Shown here in pieces: positions 39,517 through 53,530 of a stretch of DNA of 64,000 bases. The stretch lies in NCBI GenBank assembly GCA_964106645.2, contig OZ067038.1, one strand, 5' to 3'. Both the position numbers and the translations under genes were made by a program. Source of the stretch: Podarcis pityusensis (lineage: Eukaryota). The notes under the pieces were generated by a model that worked only from the letters and a program-made list of their open reading frames with translations, did not search any database and was not told the origin of the DNA. Every line of letters starts with the position of its first letter. The stretch's first letter is position 1.

Positions 39517-39596
39517 TAACCAGGGATGGTTGTGGGCTGGATTCCTATATTCCAGGGGTTGGTGACCCTCAGGATGCCTTCGAACTCTATGATTCA
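39517..39596 (+). mobile_element. CR1 3' end fragment
   Basis: GGATTCCT..CAGGGGTTGG..GACCCTCAGG..CCTTCGAACTCTATGATTC. Confidence 0.6.
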
Positions 39597-42152
39597 TTGC
39601 TCTGGGCTCCATTAAAACCAAATGACTTATTATGTAAGAAATGCATTTTTAACTAAGAATCTGAAGTGGCTGTTAGAAATGGTATCTTTAAAAAATATGC
39701 TGTTATACTTAGCCCAAACTAAAGAGCAAACAACGAATGGTGAGATCCAGGTAAAAGTAAGAATTTCTAAATTTCATTGATTTCAGGGAGAGAAAATTAA
39801 GCATGTAACCCAGCTCAAATGTGGCTGGATCATGCCCTAATGGAACATATATATCTTAGGCAGATATTTTCAGTACAGGTGTTCAGAATGCTCTCTGATT
39901 TACAAAAAACAAGCACAATGATTTTTAGTTACTATGTGCTGTATAGCTGGGGATCTGATTAATTTTAAGTTCACATAATATATATATTTCACTAGCCACA
40001 CCAGAAACCGACAGATATATGTTTAAAGTACCATGTGCCATGATCCTGCAATGTGATGAGTGTCTGTTGCTACTTACTCATCTGAGGAATCTGAGAACAG
40101 GCAGCGCCTCACAGGATGCACTTCACACCATACAGAATTGGACACTTGTTCTAACTAAAACAAACAGTGTACAAAAGGTCATCAGTCCCAATGACTAAAA
40201 CAGTTTTGATGGAGACCAGTCTTTGACCTTGTTGACATGTGTCTCTATTCTTTTCAGCAGCCCTTGGTGTCCACATCAGAGGAATGCAAAACAATCATCC
40301 GCTGAGGTGGCCATAGGTCTCTTTGTGCAATATATAGAACACACACTCTTTAATGCACAGTAAGGCAGCTATTTTTTGCACTCTATGTAGTAGTAACTAG
40401 CTGATTTAACCAAGTTATCAGCTACATACTTTGACATGTCAACAGTGTATACGAATAGTGTCTATAGTGCCAGTATGCATGCCCCTGAAGAATTATTCTG
40501 GCTTGAGGATCAAATGAATGCCTTTTACCCTTCTTTAATTCTAGGCTTTGTGCCTCCTGCCAGGTCTCCCAGGGCTAAAAGATGCTCCCATTTCAACTGA
40601 CCAACCCTCGGGTTGTATCTAAGAAAATTATAGTCAGAGCAGACCCACTGAGATTAATGGGCCTAAAGTTATTCATATCCATTATTTTCAATGGGTCTAC
40701 TTTGAGTACTATTAATAAGGCTATTGCCCCATCTTCATTATTTCCTCTCTTAAGTCCCTCCTCAAAACCAAATTTAAATAATGCCCTTGACTGCCCTTAT
40801 GCCACCTTTCAGGGACTCCTTCTTTTTATTTATTTTATGAGATTTTTATCCAACCCTTCAGTCTGTCTGGGTTTGTAGTGTTTTACATTATCATGGCCTC
40901 ATCATCTTGCTTTATTGGTGTCTCATCTTAACAAAATTAAATTCTCTAGCCAATGAGGGTTTTTCTTCTGTATAATACCTAACATTCTGTTACCATTGAA
41001 TAAATGTTTAATAATAGTAATTCTAAATAAAACTGTGAGGTAAATCTCTTCCCTCCATAAAAATTGTCCAAAATTGTTTCTTCCTGTAAATCCAAAAAAG
41101 GGTTTATTCATTTGTATTTTTATACTTTGTTCAACAGGACAAGTAAGTCACAACTGGAAACTTTACCTCATAAACTAGCCATTATCATTAGCCATTGAAA
41201 AGATAAAATCACTTGATTTGGTTGTGAACCACATATTAGGTTTAAAGACACTCCAATGATACTGGGAGATGACAACTTTGTATGGATTAAGAAAACAGAA
41301 TTTATGAAAGAATGACGGTTTAATTTGCAGTTACAGCAACCTTGGCATTCCATGCCAGCTGACATGGACACTGATCTTAGGTTAAGGAAGAGAATGAAAA
41401 TTTGCGTACTTGGGCTGAATAAAAATATTTTTTTCTTTTCTTCTCTTTGAAAGATCTAAAGCCTTCTATGGGCAACATTGGCTCAAAACGAAAGACCATA
41501 CTAGACATGTGGGGTAAATACTTGGCCCAGATTCAACTAAACAGTTGGGCTAGCAGGAGCCAGAATAACATGTCCACTAGTACAATGGAGCTTTCCCCAC
41601 CTTTTCTCTCCCATATGCTCCACCCTCCCAAATCAACTCGGGGGGTGGGAAGTCAGAAGAATCAGTTTACCATTTACTTAGAAAATGGGATGGAAGAGTC
41701 TACTTCCTACAAAACTGCCTAGGTAGCATTGCCTATCAGAATGTCCCCCTCAGGGCTCCATACATAGAGGGATCACCAAGGCCATTCTGGTGGCTCAACC
41801 CCTGAATCTCAATGTACACGCAATGTGCATGGTCATTGTTGACGTCTGTACAAGTAGAGCTCTACATATGCAGACATCTATACAATCTGGAACCCCAACT
41901 GAATGCTTTGAGATAGGTTTTCCTTATGCAGACATCCACACACAATGCATCAGCTTTGAGCACTGTATTTGCCTGGAAATATCATGTTGGAGCCAGCAGC
42001 CTGGCTCCACTGCTCCTTTCTTGGAGGTCCGTTCACATGAATATCATGTGCAAGAGACTACAGTCAACTTGTTAAACAAGGACAATATAACTTGATGTGA
42101 CCTTATCATATGCTTGAGCAAAATGCAGCCTCGCAGTTAAGGGGAGTTAGAG

Positions 42153-42290
42153 GAGGGGTACGCAACCTAAGGCCTGTGGGCCGGATATGGCCCAGTCACA
42201 TTCTCAATCTAGCCCACGGATGGTCCGGGAATCAGTATGTTTTTACATGGGTAGAATGTGTCCTTTTATTTAAAATGCATTTCTAGATAA
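42153..42290 (+). mobile_element. hAT (Charlie-like) left-end fragment
   Basis: GGGGGTACGCAACCTAAGGCCTGTGGGCCGGATATGGCCC terminus typical of Charlie-type ends. Confidence 0.55.
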
Positions 42291-43510
42291 GGTTTGACCA
42301 TATGAACTAGTGAAACATCACTAGCTGAGCAAGCGGCCTACGGAGGGACAAAGAAGGTTGGTATTTTATAAAAACTCTTTACTGAGCTCTAAACATTTTC
42401 AATAGCATAGCAATGAGAGATACTGTTGTACTGTGGAACCTTCATGGTGAAAGTCTGTAGTACTTTTATTGGAAGAAGGCCAAGCAGGGTCAATCCTTCT
42501 AAAGAACTATAATCATAAAGTGCATATATATCTAGAAGTCACTGCCTCATAAACACAATGTTTTTTCTGTAAGATATACTGAGTTACTGAGTTTAATCCA
42601 ACAGTGATGTAAATCAGAACTGCCTGTCAAGGTTCTGACATTGGTGGCTTACCAATAAACCTCTTTCTTGATCCTTGTGTGGTAGATGCTACACAGAGGA
42701 AATTTTGGTATCACTGAACAACAGTGTGTACCATGGCAACTCTGCCCAGGTGCAAGTTCACAAAGGTGGACGAAAGGGTAGAATTGAGACGCGGGTTTCT
42801 CTAAGATAGGATAACAACTCTTGAACTCAGTTCAACCTCTGGTTGAGCTAAACTGAAAAAGAGTCAACAAACCCTAGGAAGATCAGGGGTTCTTGGTTCA
42901 CTATTTTTCTATCTAGACTCATGAGCAAATAAACAACAGTGGGTTCTTATCTCTTTCGGGCAGAATTTACCTTCCATAAGTAAACAAAGCAAGGACTGGA
43001 AATCTTTCTTAATAACCCCTTGTTTATTTAGATTCAGACTGTTATCAGACTATAACATTCTATATCTTTATGATAAATTGGTAGTGTCTGCTCTGTTCAT
43101 GTGTCCAAGAAAGGGAATATAATTGTATTTGATATTTCCCTAATGATTTAAATGAGTCTCTGTCCAAAATAAAACATTAAATGATGGGCCCAACAGTACA
43201 TATAAAGAAATTAAATGGACCCTGGGTTTTAATTTCAGTGAGTATAAATGTTCAAAAACATCTTTGGAGGGCCAAATTAGACATGATACTAAAAACGTAG
43301 AAACCAGCAATATCAGGGAGGTATAATCTTTTCTTCTTCAAAGTCCTGATGCAAAGTTTTCATCCCCTACCACAGCAATGAGCCTTCTCTCTAAAGATTC
43401 ATAGCCACATGCGTTGAGCGGTAATTTTCACTAGTACTGTGGCTGGAAAGTGTTAGTAAATATCCCTTCTTCATGCACTGCATTCCTAAGGGAAATAACC
43501 CCCTTGAACC

Positions 43511-43547
<37 letters not shown>
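43511..43547 (+). repeat. (TAA)12 microsatellite
   Basis: Read directly from the sequence. Confidence 0.95.
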
Positions 43548-43548
<1 letters not shown>

Positions 43549-46500
43549 TTGATAAAGTTGACCCAAAGCAACACTCACTAATGGCACCTTTAAAGTCACA
43601 TTTACTTTGGCCCTGAGACGTAGAAGTTTGAACACCCTCCATTCTTGCATAACCCTTCCCTGTGTGTACGACAACCTTTTCATTTGTGATAAAGTACATA
43701 AACTAGACAAAACCAGAGCAAGCATTACAAGCTAGATTTAGTCTGCAAATCAATTGATTCAATATGAATGTAGTGATGTGCCATGTGATTATAACAAACC
43801 TGTGAATTCTGGCTTGAAGTGAAGGTTATTAGAAAAGTCATGAAGACACATTGAACTGGAATTCAGAATACCTAATAACTAAACTCCCTTATAATAAAAA
43901 AAATTAAGATTGAAGATTCTGAAAAGATTCTGATTTGGACCACTATCTGTATGATCTCAGTATTTGGAAATAAATAATTTCCTAATTAATATTTTGTAGG
44001 CAAATATATTGTTATGCCAAACAAAACTAAGTATAAGAAAGGAAACAGATGAATTTCCTGGAGAAGTGAAGATGGGAAGATGAGAGAGCAAGAGAAGAAT
44101 TCAGCTCTATTTTTGTCTCTTCCCTACCTACAGCACCTTTACCCATTTTAGGCAGTCAAAAAAGATGGAAGGAGAGAAACCACTCTCTTGAAAAAAAGGA
44201 GCATTGGCAACTGGAGAGTCACATAGTACTCCTGAGATAGCCAGATTTGGCCTAGGGGGTGTCAGTTGCTAATCCCTAATGTCATATGTATGTTTTGTGC
44301 ATGCAAATTCCACAACATTCACTTGGATTTTTAAATTGCCACCTATAATGTCTCAGTAACTATCAAGAATAGAGATTATTTAAATATATATACTATGCAT
44401 ATATGCTGTCATGAATTTGAATGATTATATGCATCTTAATTTCTGGATGGTACAGGATGACTACAGTTACTAATATTTCACCATGAGATTCTATTGTATA
44501 AAGTGTTCTTAGATGCTTAATAATAAATGCACGCACACATTAACACTCAGCTTAACTAGTGTTACAGAAACATATTGTACCATCTGTTTGGCAGAACCCA
44601 TCCAAGGTTTATCAAATCTCCTTGTAGCTAGAATTTATACAAAATTTTATAAAAGTGTATCAGTGGACAAAATGAGCTCTTCTCAAACTCTCATATATCT
44701 CTGGTTTGATTCTAAACCAACTGGGTAATTAGTCCTAGCTGACGCAAATAGTCTATAGAAATGGTGGTTTTCTATCTTATTTTTAAGACCAAACACAGAC
44801 TTTCAGCTATCACTATCTGAAACAGATTTTCACTTTAGAACACATAGCAACATTCTATACTATTTAAAATATTTCTAATTAAAACATTATCCTAGGGAAA
44901 GGTTTCCTCTGGACAAGATACACAGTACTGGCAATAAACTTAATCAAAATAAATAAATGAGAAATCATGTTTATTTAATAGCACATTATAGTTGCAATCT
45001 TAGACCCACTTCCCATGGAGTAAACCCAACTAAACTGAGTGGACTTACTTCTGAGTAGTCATATACAGCATTGCACTGAAGTTCTTTGAATGAGCTTTTG
45101 ATTTTCTGCCAAATCTAAATAGGTTTGCTTAAAGTAGCTACTATTCCTATTTTAATCGTTTTTGTTACAATGATCAACAGAAGCAGAATTATGAAAACAA
45201 AGATCTAGTTCTAAACAATCATTTCCATGGAAACTTTTCACTTACTTTATACCTAGATAAGGAATAAGCCTCATTTAGCTCAATGGGACTTACTTCTGAG
45301 CAAACAAGACATAGCACTTATAATTCCCACTGATTTAAATGAGGGTAAACTTAACTTTCTCCGGCTGAAAGCAGTGGGCCATAAAACAGGCTGGGTTGTG
45401 CCCACAGTCCTCAATTAATTTCATTTCATTTTCTATTTTCCCGTTCTTATGAAGAAATTGTTTTGGTTGTTCCTGTTTGTAGCCTAAAAACATGTCTTTA
45501 ATGTTTCGATTTAGGGGAAAATCCTTAGCAAATGATGCATGCAAAAACAGAGTTATGTTGATTGAGCAGCTGTGTTCTTGGAGTGGGGGGAAGGAAGGAA
45601 AGATGGGAGAAAACATTCCAGATGTTTCATCCATGTAGCAACACCTTGCATAATATTGTCTCAAAATATCTTGGCCTAGTCCCACCTCATCATATCCTTC
45701 GCCTGGAGATTTCTGCCTAAAAGTACCCATCATTATAAAGTTAACCTTAATGATTTTATGACCTAACTCCCCATCTCCTTTTATAATTTAAGCAAGGTGC
45801 TCAGGCAAACTGCTAACATCTGTTATCAATATGTTATATTTAGAGGCTTCTATTTATCAGATATATAGTTTCCTACACATGGAAGTATTTCTAATAGCTT
45901 CTATCTACTGGCAGTCAAATAAGCTACATGCATACAAAAGTATGTAGCTGATCTGGTAATACTGTGGATCAATTTAAGAGTAATATGAGGAAAAAAGAAT
46001 TATTCTCTCACATCCTGGACAGGATATCTTGTTTCTTTAATTATTTTAATGTCACTTTTATGACCATATGGCTTGAAATTACTTTGTCTCACTTGGGTAA
46101 ATAAAAGGTGATACTTCTCTTCCAGAATACATACACAACTAAACTAATCTAAGTTTTACATCAGTGAAGTCAATCGACTAAAACTAATACCAGAGTTTTC
46201 TTTCTGTAGCACAAAGCAGCCAATGGCCTCAGTGCAACTTGATTTTAATGGATCTTGCACATAACATCTCCAACGTATTCTAGAGTCTTTAAGATAAGTG
46301 GACAGTCTTCACAGTATCATATGTGTATCAAGCTTGCACTATGAAGGAGTGAATTGAGGTTTCAAACAGCTGTGAAATTATCTTCTCCTGGAATCCTGTC
46401 AAAGTCTGAAAATTTCTGCAAGCACTGTCAGTTTGGTTTGCCTTTTAATTGCAGTTAAGGGACATCTTTATTTCTGATATTTAGCATTAAATGAATATTT

Positions 46501-47859
46501 TATTGATAAGTTTAATGAAATTTCTATTTTAATGCTGTTACTTATTCTGAGCTTTAGGATAGTGTTGATTAGAACACCAACTAGTCAGTTAACTAAATTA
46601 AGTCAAGAATTTATTTTGTTGTTTTGTTTCTTGTCTTAACATAACAAAGCAACACCATACAACCTATTTATTTATTTAATCATTTATAAGCTGTCTTTCG
46701 AAACCAAGTTCACCCAAGGCAGCAAAAAATAAATAAATGAGCATAAGAACACCATGATAGTATAATTAAAGTATATGAATTCAAACAAGCAACAACAACA
46801 CACATTAAAACATAATTCAGCCAATAAAACATAGCTCCAAAGCAACAACATGGCCAATAAAACACACACCTATCAAAAGTGGGGTAGTTTTAAAGCCTTT
46901 TTAAATAGAGCAAATGAGGGGGCCAAATGCAGCCCTAATGCACCATTACTGTAGTCTAGTCTCAATGTAACTACCGCATGCATGACTGAAGCTAGATTCG
47001 CTATGTACAATTGTATAGTTGAACAAATATGCAAATATTTCCTCTCTCTCAACTGTCACCTAGCCACGACCATTGTATCAGCAGAGGGAGAGAAGGGAAA
47101 CAGGGTCACTCCATCAGATCTGCAGAAAAGAGCTCCACTGGGCTTCTCTCCCCATCACCTGTCATCTGGTAGCAACCATTCTATCAAACTGCAGCAGAGG
47201 AAAAGATAGGAAGCAGGGCCAGCCGATAAGAGACCAACAACTTTTAGCTTTTTCTTGCTTTGAACTTTTTTTAATCCAGCTGATAATAAGAACTTTGTGA
47301 CTCAGAATAGTGCCTGAGTTTGCTTACCTCCCTTCTCTCCCCTCCCCCCGACTCTTTTCCTTTTGTGACACATACACCTGGGAGCAGGCATTTACATAAT
47401 TTCTAAACATGGGGTCCCATGATTAACCTCCCTTAATTTTGATAACAAAAATAATTTGGAGTGTCTTTCATAATTTTCAGAATGGGAATAATCTATTTTG
47501 GCACAAAACATTTTAAAAATTGGAAGAGTTTCAATCTGTTGTTCAACTTTTAATCTGGAAAAAATTGCCATGTGCTATGAACAAAATCTCTACAAGGATA
47601 TGCTTGAATCTGGTAAATCTTATAATCAGAAGTATGCCACACGGGCAGAGTAGGTTTCCTACAAAAGACAACCACTTTAGTCTTCTTGTAATTCACCTTT
47701 GCAAAAATTTCTTAAGGCAGTTATGTCTGAGACATGCTATCTGCTCATAAGAAAGCAAATCATATTATTTGCATAAAACAGTACTGATTATATTCTATTT
47801 CTCATTGCAACTGAAAGCAAAACCCTAGGCTCCGAAACAATAGCAATGAGATAAAATTT

Positions 47860-48125
47860 AAAATCAAGAGACATGCAAATATAACCCCCTGTTGAACTCC
47901 CAGTATACTTTTGCCATTCTCACAGGAGTACATGGATCTAATGTAAAATAACAACCTTTTGTCAATATTGGCATGCTGTATTTTTGCCCATAACCTGTCT
48001 CTATCTATGGAACTGAAATCTGCCTTTAGGTCAATAAAAAGTGTATACATGTAGCCTTCTTTAATGGAATATTTGTTAACCAAATGTGTAAAGGTAAATA
48101 TGCTGTCTAATGACACGAAAATTGT
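47860..48125 (-). mobile_element. Non-LTR retrotransposon RT fragment (RTE/RTE-X-like)
   Basis: ORF 47802-48116: YTLFIDLKADFSSIDRDRLWAKI..LLFYIRSMY..GVQQGVIFA matches RT motifs FIDLKxAFDSI and GVxQG, with an internal deletion. Confidence 0.7.
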
Positions 48126-48984
48126 CGTGGACCATGTTTGTTCCTTACATAAAGTAATATTTATCTAGGTGCACTCCTGTCCTACCAAACAGACATTTAG
48201 CATACAATATTCTGATTTTAAAAAGATTATACTGATAATATTCATGTTCTGACCACCTGCAATTTCCCCTGAAATACCAGAAATAAATTTTGCCTATTAA
48301 AAAGGTAGTCACCAAATTAGGTTTTGTTTATAAACAATAGTTTGGGTGGTATGTCATTTTCCCCAGGGGTGTTCTTGCTGACCAGGGAACACCCCTGCTC
48401 CTCATATACAAATTTACATAGACTGCTTGTGACACTGCTTGTGACACTTAAGGTTGGTACTCATTGCTGAAAACAGGAAAAGCAGCTCTCTCAGGCACTA
48501 TTTGGACTATGTGCCATATCAAGAGATAGACGAAACCTTGAGAATCCATAATTGCTATTTTCCAATGCTGACACTGTTATTCCTGGCTGATTCTGTGATT
48601 ATTCCACAGTCCAGCCCTGATAATGATATTTCCTGGCTTTAAAAACCCTCTTCTATTTCTTTTAATAAAATTTTGAACTTGCTTCCCTGAGTTAGACGGA
48701 TTAACCTAGCTGGCTGGGTGCCTTACCAGTTCTTTGGCTGCTTTATACTACATTCTTGAAATCATTCTTTCCCCCTCATGAATCAGAGAAGCCAACAAGC
48801 TGGAAGAAGCAAAGAAAGGTTCAAAACTACTACTGAATGTAGGAAAAGCTTGGTGAATTAAATTGGAGGAATTCTAATCCATGAATTGACTATAGCTGCT
48901 ACATCTTGGACATGAGTTTGTGCTTCAGTAGTTAAAGCCACATCCTAATTCTATCGAGAGGAGCAGAAGTGTCCTGCTCAAAAT

Positions 48985-49211
48985 CTATTGCCCACAAGAT
49001 GTAGTGATGGCATCCAACTTGATTGGCTTTAAAAGAGGAGTAGACAATGCCTCTGAATACCCTTTTCTGGGAATCACATGTGGGGAGATTGTTGTTGCAC
49101 TCCAACCTCATGTGGGTTTCCCATGGGCATTGGGATGGCCACTGTGAGAATAGGATGCTGGGCTTGATAGGCCTTGGCCTGTTTCAGCAGGGCTCTTCTT
49201 ATGTTCTTATG
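48985..49211 (+). mobile_element. CR1 3' end
   Basis: GATGTAGTGATGGC..GGCTTTAAAAGAGGAGTAGACAA..CCACTGTGAGAATAGGATGCTGG and tail TTCTTATGTTCTTATG. Confidence 0.8.
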
Positions 49212-50039
49212 TCATTCAATCACTTACTAACAGAGAATAATGGTGTCAGGTGTGATACTGTTCATGGCTCTAGGAAGATTCAGAATACAGTTACCTACAT
49301 TCACATCCATGCCCATAAGCATTCTCTGCAGCAATTTCCCTTACCTAAACAGGAATAATCACCTGGTTTTGCCAGTGCATTAACCTATCATGATCTGGAG
49401 GCGTCTCATGACCTGTTCTGTGTTTAGGACCTCTTGGGGAAGTAACAAAACTGGAATCTTTGTAGGGGCAGCAAGATAGTCAGGTCACAGAATCTGAACA
49501 AGAAGCAATATGAAACCTTTGGTTGGAGATGCAAGTTGAGTTCAGTTAAAGAAAGGTTAGGAAACAGATGCAAGTACAAGGAGAGATGTAGGTAGCAGAA
49601 TCACTGCAAGTGACAAACCAGGAGAAAGTCTGTAGGACCAAAGACCAGAGCAAAGCAGGAATGGCAAAGAGAACAAGCTTCTTATCAGTATGAACTCAGG
49701 CGGTTGTGTGGACGAAGTCCGACTACAGAAAGGGGAAAGTTATGTAGGCACAGGTGAAGGCAATAGCTAGTTATAGCAGGGACAGATAGGATAAGGCTGT
49801 GAAGATCTTCAGGGGACAACCTCAAGCAGATTGGCTTCATGATGGCTCTTTTAAGAAGGCCCCAGTTCACCTCTATAGGAGTGGGACTACAATACAGTTA
49901 GCCCAGCCAAGAGATGTATGGAACAGGGAACAGCAGCTATCATTTGGGACTAATGAAGAGCTCTTGAGCTTAAATAGGTTAAGATTTGGACAGCTCAGCT
50001 TTTCATACCAAGTAGGCCACAACAGTACTTTGACATGGA

Positions 50040-50380
50040 ACCCATGGGCTGCACACTGCCTTGTCACAGGGTGGGGTGGGGTTGTGGTGGTGGAAATCGA
50101 GACCAAAATTTGACACACCCACCCAGCCCTCACTGCCTTCCCAAAGCAGGGCTCTACAGATTCCTAGAGTCCATCCCCCTCCTTCCCAAAGCCTGGTAAG
50201 TGCTTTCCCAGCTTTGGGAAGGAGGTGGGAGGGCTCTAGGACCCAACCAGAGCCTCACTTACCTGGCTTTGGGAAGGAAATGCAAGGGCAGGGTGGGGAG
50301 GGCATCAAATGTTGTTGTGGCTGCCAAAAGATGCCTCAAGGGTCCCATGTGGCCTTCAGGCCACACGTTTGATCACCCTG
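50040..50380. mobile_element. hAT-type non-autonomous element; right end visible
   Basis: Ends GGTCCCATGTGGCCTTCAGGCCACACGTTTGATCACCCTG; GC-rich interior with inverted CTTCCCAAAGC/GCTTTGGGAAG repeats. Confidence 0.5.
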
Positions 50381-53047
50381 GCCTAAATGCAGTTTGGACT
50401 TGGATGTTGGAGAAGAAAAGAAGTGAGCAGAGACCTAAGGAAGTGACCTCTCTTGGCCCCCACTGCACTTTCTTCTTCAGCCCACTGGGAGGTGCAGAAC
50501 ATTCTGATAAGAAGCTCCCTCTACTCTTCTACTACTATTCAAGTAGTGGGATCTCCTAAAAAGGGGCCAGCAAGAAGCCCATTAAACCTATTGACCCATA
50601 AGCACTATAGCTCTGGGAAAGTGGACCACTGGGGTCCTATGTACCCCACAAGCTGGGGAGATCCTGCGAAATTTACTGGAACTGGGCTGAATTCCTGTAG
50701 TCTATAGTTAATATTAAGGAAGAAGACCCCAGCCTGAAGAAAGGCAAGTTAGAAATCCTTGGGAAGAACTCTGAAGCCTGGAGGAAACCCGGGTTTCTTT
50801 TGCCCCAGGAAAGGACTGTGAGAATAGGGACCTAATGAAACGGAGGTTCCTGTACTTTAGACTATATTGTTCTTAAGCAGGGTGCCCCTTTGGTCCCATT
50901 CCCCATAGGAACCAGGACCCATGAATCACAGGGCTTCCAAGGTGCCACTCTGCCTTGGTGAAGCTACTTGTCCCACCCACCTACCCCTCGCAAAAAAGTA
51001 TAAGTATCAAACTACATGTAACACACAGTTTCCAGATTTCTGGGGTTCTCTGGGGTTCCATTCCAGAAGCAAAGAGGCTAAAGGGTGATTTTTGAAAAAC
51101 CTGCCCACAGGAAAGCATCTAAGCATCCCTTTCATCAGCACCACTACTGAAATCATATTTGTAGTACTCCCCAACCTGCGTTTCCCTTAAAAAAAAAATA
51201 AAAAAAAATCAGGAAATGAACCATGAATCCCCTGCATCTTTTTCACTTTGGCTATAAGTGTTTTGCATACAGATGCCATAGTTCAAATAAGACTTCCTAG
51301 CCCTTGGGGAGGGAACCTACAGCCCCCAGATTAATTTCAAGTTGCCCTCAGCATCAAACCCCCCCCCCCCCCCGGTGATGCATGTATTGCTCTCCGGATA
51401 ACCCTTCTAGCAATTGCTTCCTTTTCTGTTTTGTGTGTGCATCCATACTCTGCAAACTCCACCCACTATTGGCTCTGTCTTCACCAACCATCAGCTGTAG
51501 CCCCAACTGAATTTTCCCATGGGTTAACTGGACCTTCATAGCAAAAAGGTCCATTACCCCTGAGCTAGCCCAATGCCTGGAGGGCCCATGGTTTTACTCC
51601 AATCATGAGTGATAATGTTTGGCAAAAGTAAGGTAAATTCCCTGTGGAGGCTCTTGAGGGAATGTGCTAGGATTCCTATATGCATCCCAGTCAGCTGTAG
51701 GTTGGAATCGGACAAAAAGAATATACTTCCAAAATTTCTCGAATGCAATAACCGCATGGAATGATGAATTCATTATATTTTACCTGCTCCAGGTGCATGA
51801 AAAATGAGGGAGAATGAGAACAAATAATTGAGTTCTTTTTTTCTGGGGGAAATGAATTTTATTCACACAAATCTACTTAATGTTTATAACAGAAATGTGA
51901 TGGCAATGTTTTAAATACTATGAAATGTTGAGTGAGATAGTTAGCGAGCTAAAAACTTCCACTTATACTAATATACTGTCAAATTGATTTTAAATATTTC
52001 TAAAAGTTTTAACTGCTAAAAGAAAAGTTTGCCAATTAGATATAAAAAATGAAGCTTATGTGATATAGACACTAAAGATAGTGATTAAAAATATGTATAA
52101 AGATATTTTTAAGTGGAGCTCCACAGAAGTGCAAGGTGACATATATTACAAGAATAAATATGCAAAGTACATAATGTTCTGCCTTTTATGTAATACGGAA
52201 TTTTTAAAATGTGTTTTCAGAATGCAGTGCATAGACTAAGCACATGAATAGACTACCTTCCTTATTTTCCCCTGCAATTTTTCCAAAGACAACTGCTATC
52301 TGAAGCAATCTCAGAAAATCACAAAAGTTGTTACTTTTGCATTCTTTTCAAGCATTGCACAAATGTGACTACAGCACAGGTACACAGCAAATATATTGTG
52401 AATGGAGGGTCATGGCTAGTTTACATGTTTAGCTGCCCACATATAATACAATTTGCATATTATTTTCTAATTCATGCTTGATGCCATACCATAATTTATG
52501 AACATGCTGTGCGTATTCTATAATCATTATTCTCAAATATGAAGAACTTGAAATTGCCTCTAAAAAGATTTTGACACATAATCTTAAAGCCTAATCATAA
52601 GAGCTGCTGCTGCAGGACAAAAGTTCATAGGATGAGATGTTAAGAGTCCTGATGCCAATCTTGTACTATTATCAACAGCAAACAAAGACCACAGTATTGC
52701 CATAGAAAGAGCTACTGGTACTGCTGCAATAGTTGTGATCCAGTGCCTATGCTCAGGCATAACAGTAATACACAGGAATATTGGCATGGGTGGGTAGGAA
52801 GCAGGAGCAATCGCTGGCCCTGCAGCATGGCATGCTAGTGGCCAAATGCTACTAGGAAAGATGGTGAAACTTTGTGTCCAATTTTCCAGATACTAATTGC
52901 CTGGGAACAGGAGTAGAACAGCCAAGGGGCAAAGTTGGCAAGATCTCTCCTGCTTTCAACATGCAGCATACTGGTTTAGCTGCAGCAGGATGAAAAGCCA
53001 CATTTCAAGCAGAATCAAAGGACTGGGACATCACAAATTAGTGTTAA

Positions 53048-53050
<3 letters not shown>

Positions 53051-53087
<37 letters not shown>
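53051..53087 (+). repeat. (TC)n microsatellite
   Basis: Read directly from the sequence. Confidence 0.95.
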
Positions 53088-53091
<4 letters not shown>

Positions 53092-53394
53092 GTAAAAAAA
53101 AAAAAATCTAATAGACCAAACAAAATCCATACATCTTGGCTGTATGTGGCCTGGAAACTGGCAAAGAATATAGTATCCAAGATTCTTAGTTTTCTATTTT
53201 TAAAGGCAACTTTCTAGATCCTTTTAAATATCTGGGAAGTGGGTGCTTTCAGATGTCACAATAAAGTATGATTTATCATTATGGGAATGAGCCTTGGTCT
53301 CCTGTACTCTTTCCTCCCCTCTCTTTCTCTGGCATGGCTTCAAGGAGGAAATTGAAAGCTTTTGCTTCCCTTTATGATTAACCACAGTTTAATG

Positions 53395-53530
53395 CAGCGT
53401 TTCTCATACTTGAGTCTCCAGCTGTTGTTGGACTACAACTCCCATCATCCCTGACCACTGGTGCTGCTAGCTAGGAATGCTGAGAGTGGGAGTAAAACAA
53501 CGGTTGGGGACCCAAGTTTGAGAAACACTG
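53395..53530. mobile_element. hAT-type palindromic MITE, third TIR variant, nested in an older palindromic repeat (~53240-53795)
   Basis: CAGCGTTTCTCATACTTG / CAAGTTTGAGAAACACTG with a perfect 8-bp TSD GTTTAATG and the shared core GACTACAACTCCCATCATCCCTGACCACTGGT. Confidence 0.88.

Noticed and set aside
42620-42960. AATAAA followed by TGGTATCA as an LTR end plus primer-binding site
   Set aside because: No TG..CA LTR boundaries, partner LTR or gag similarity identified.
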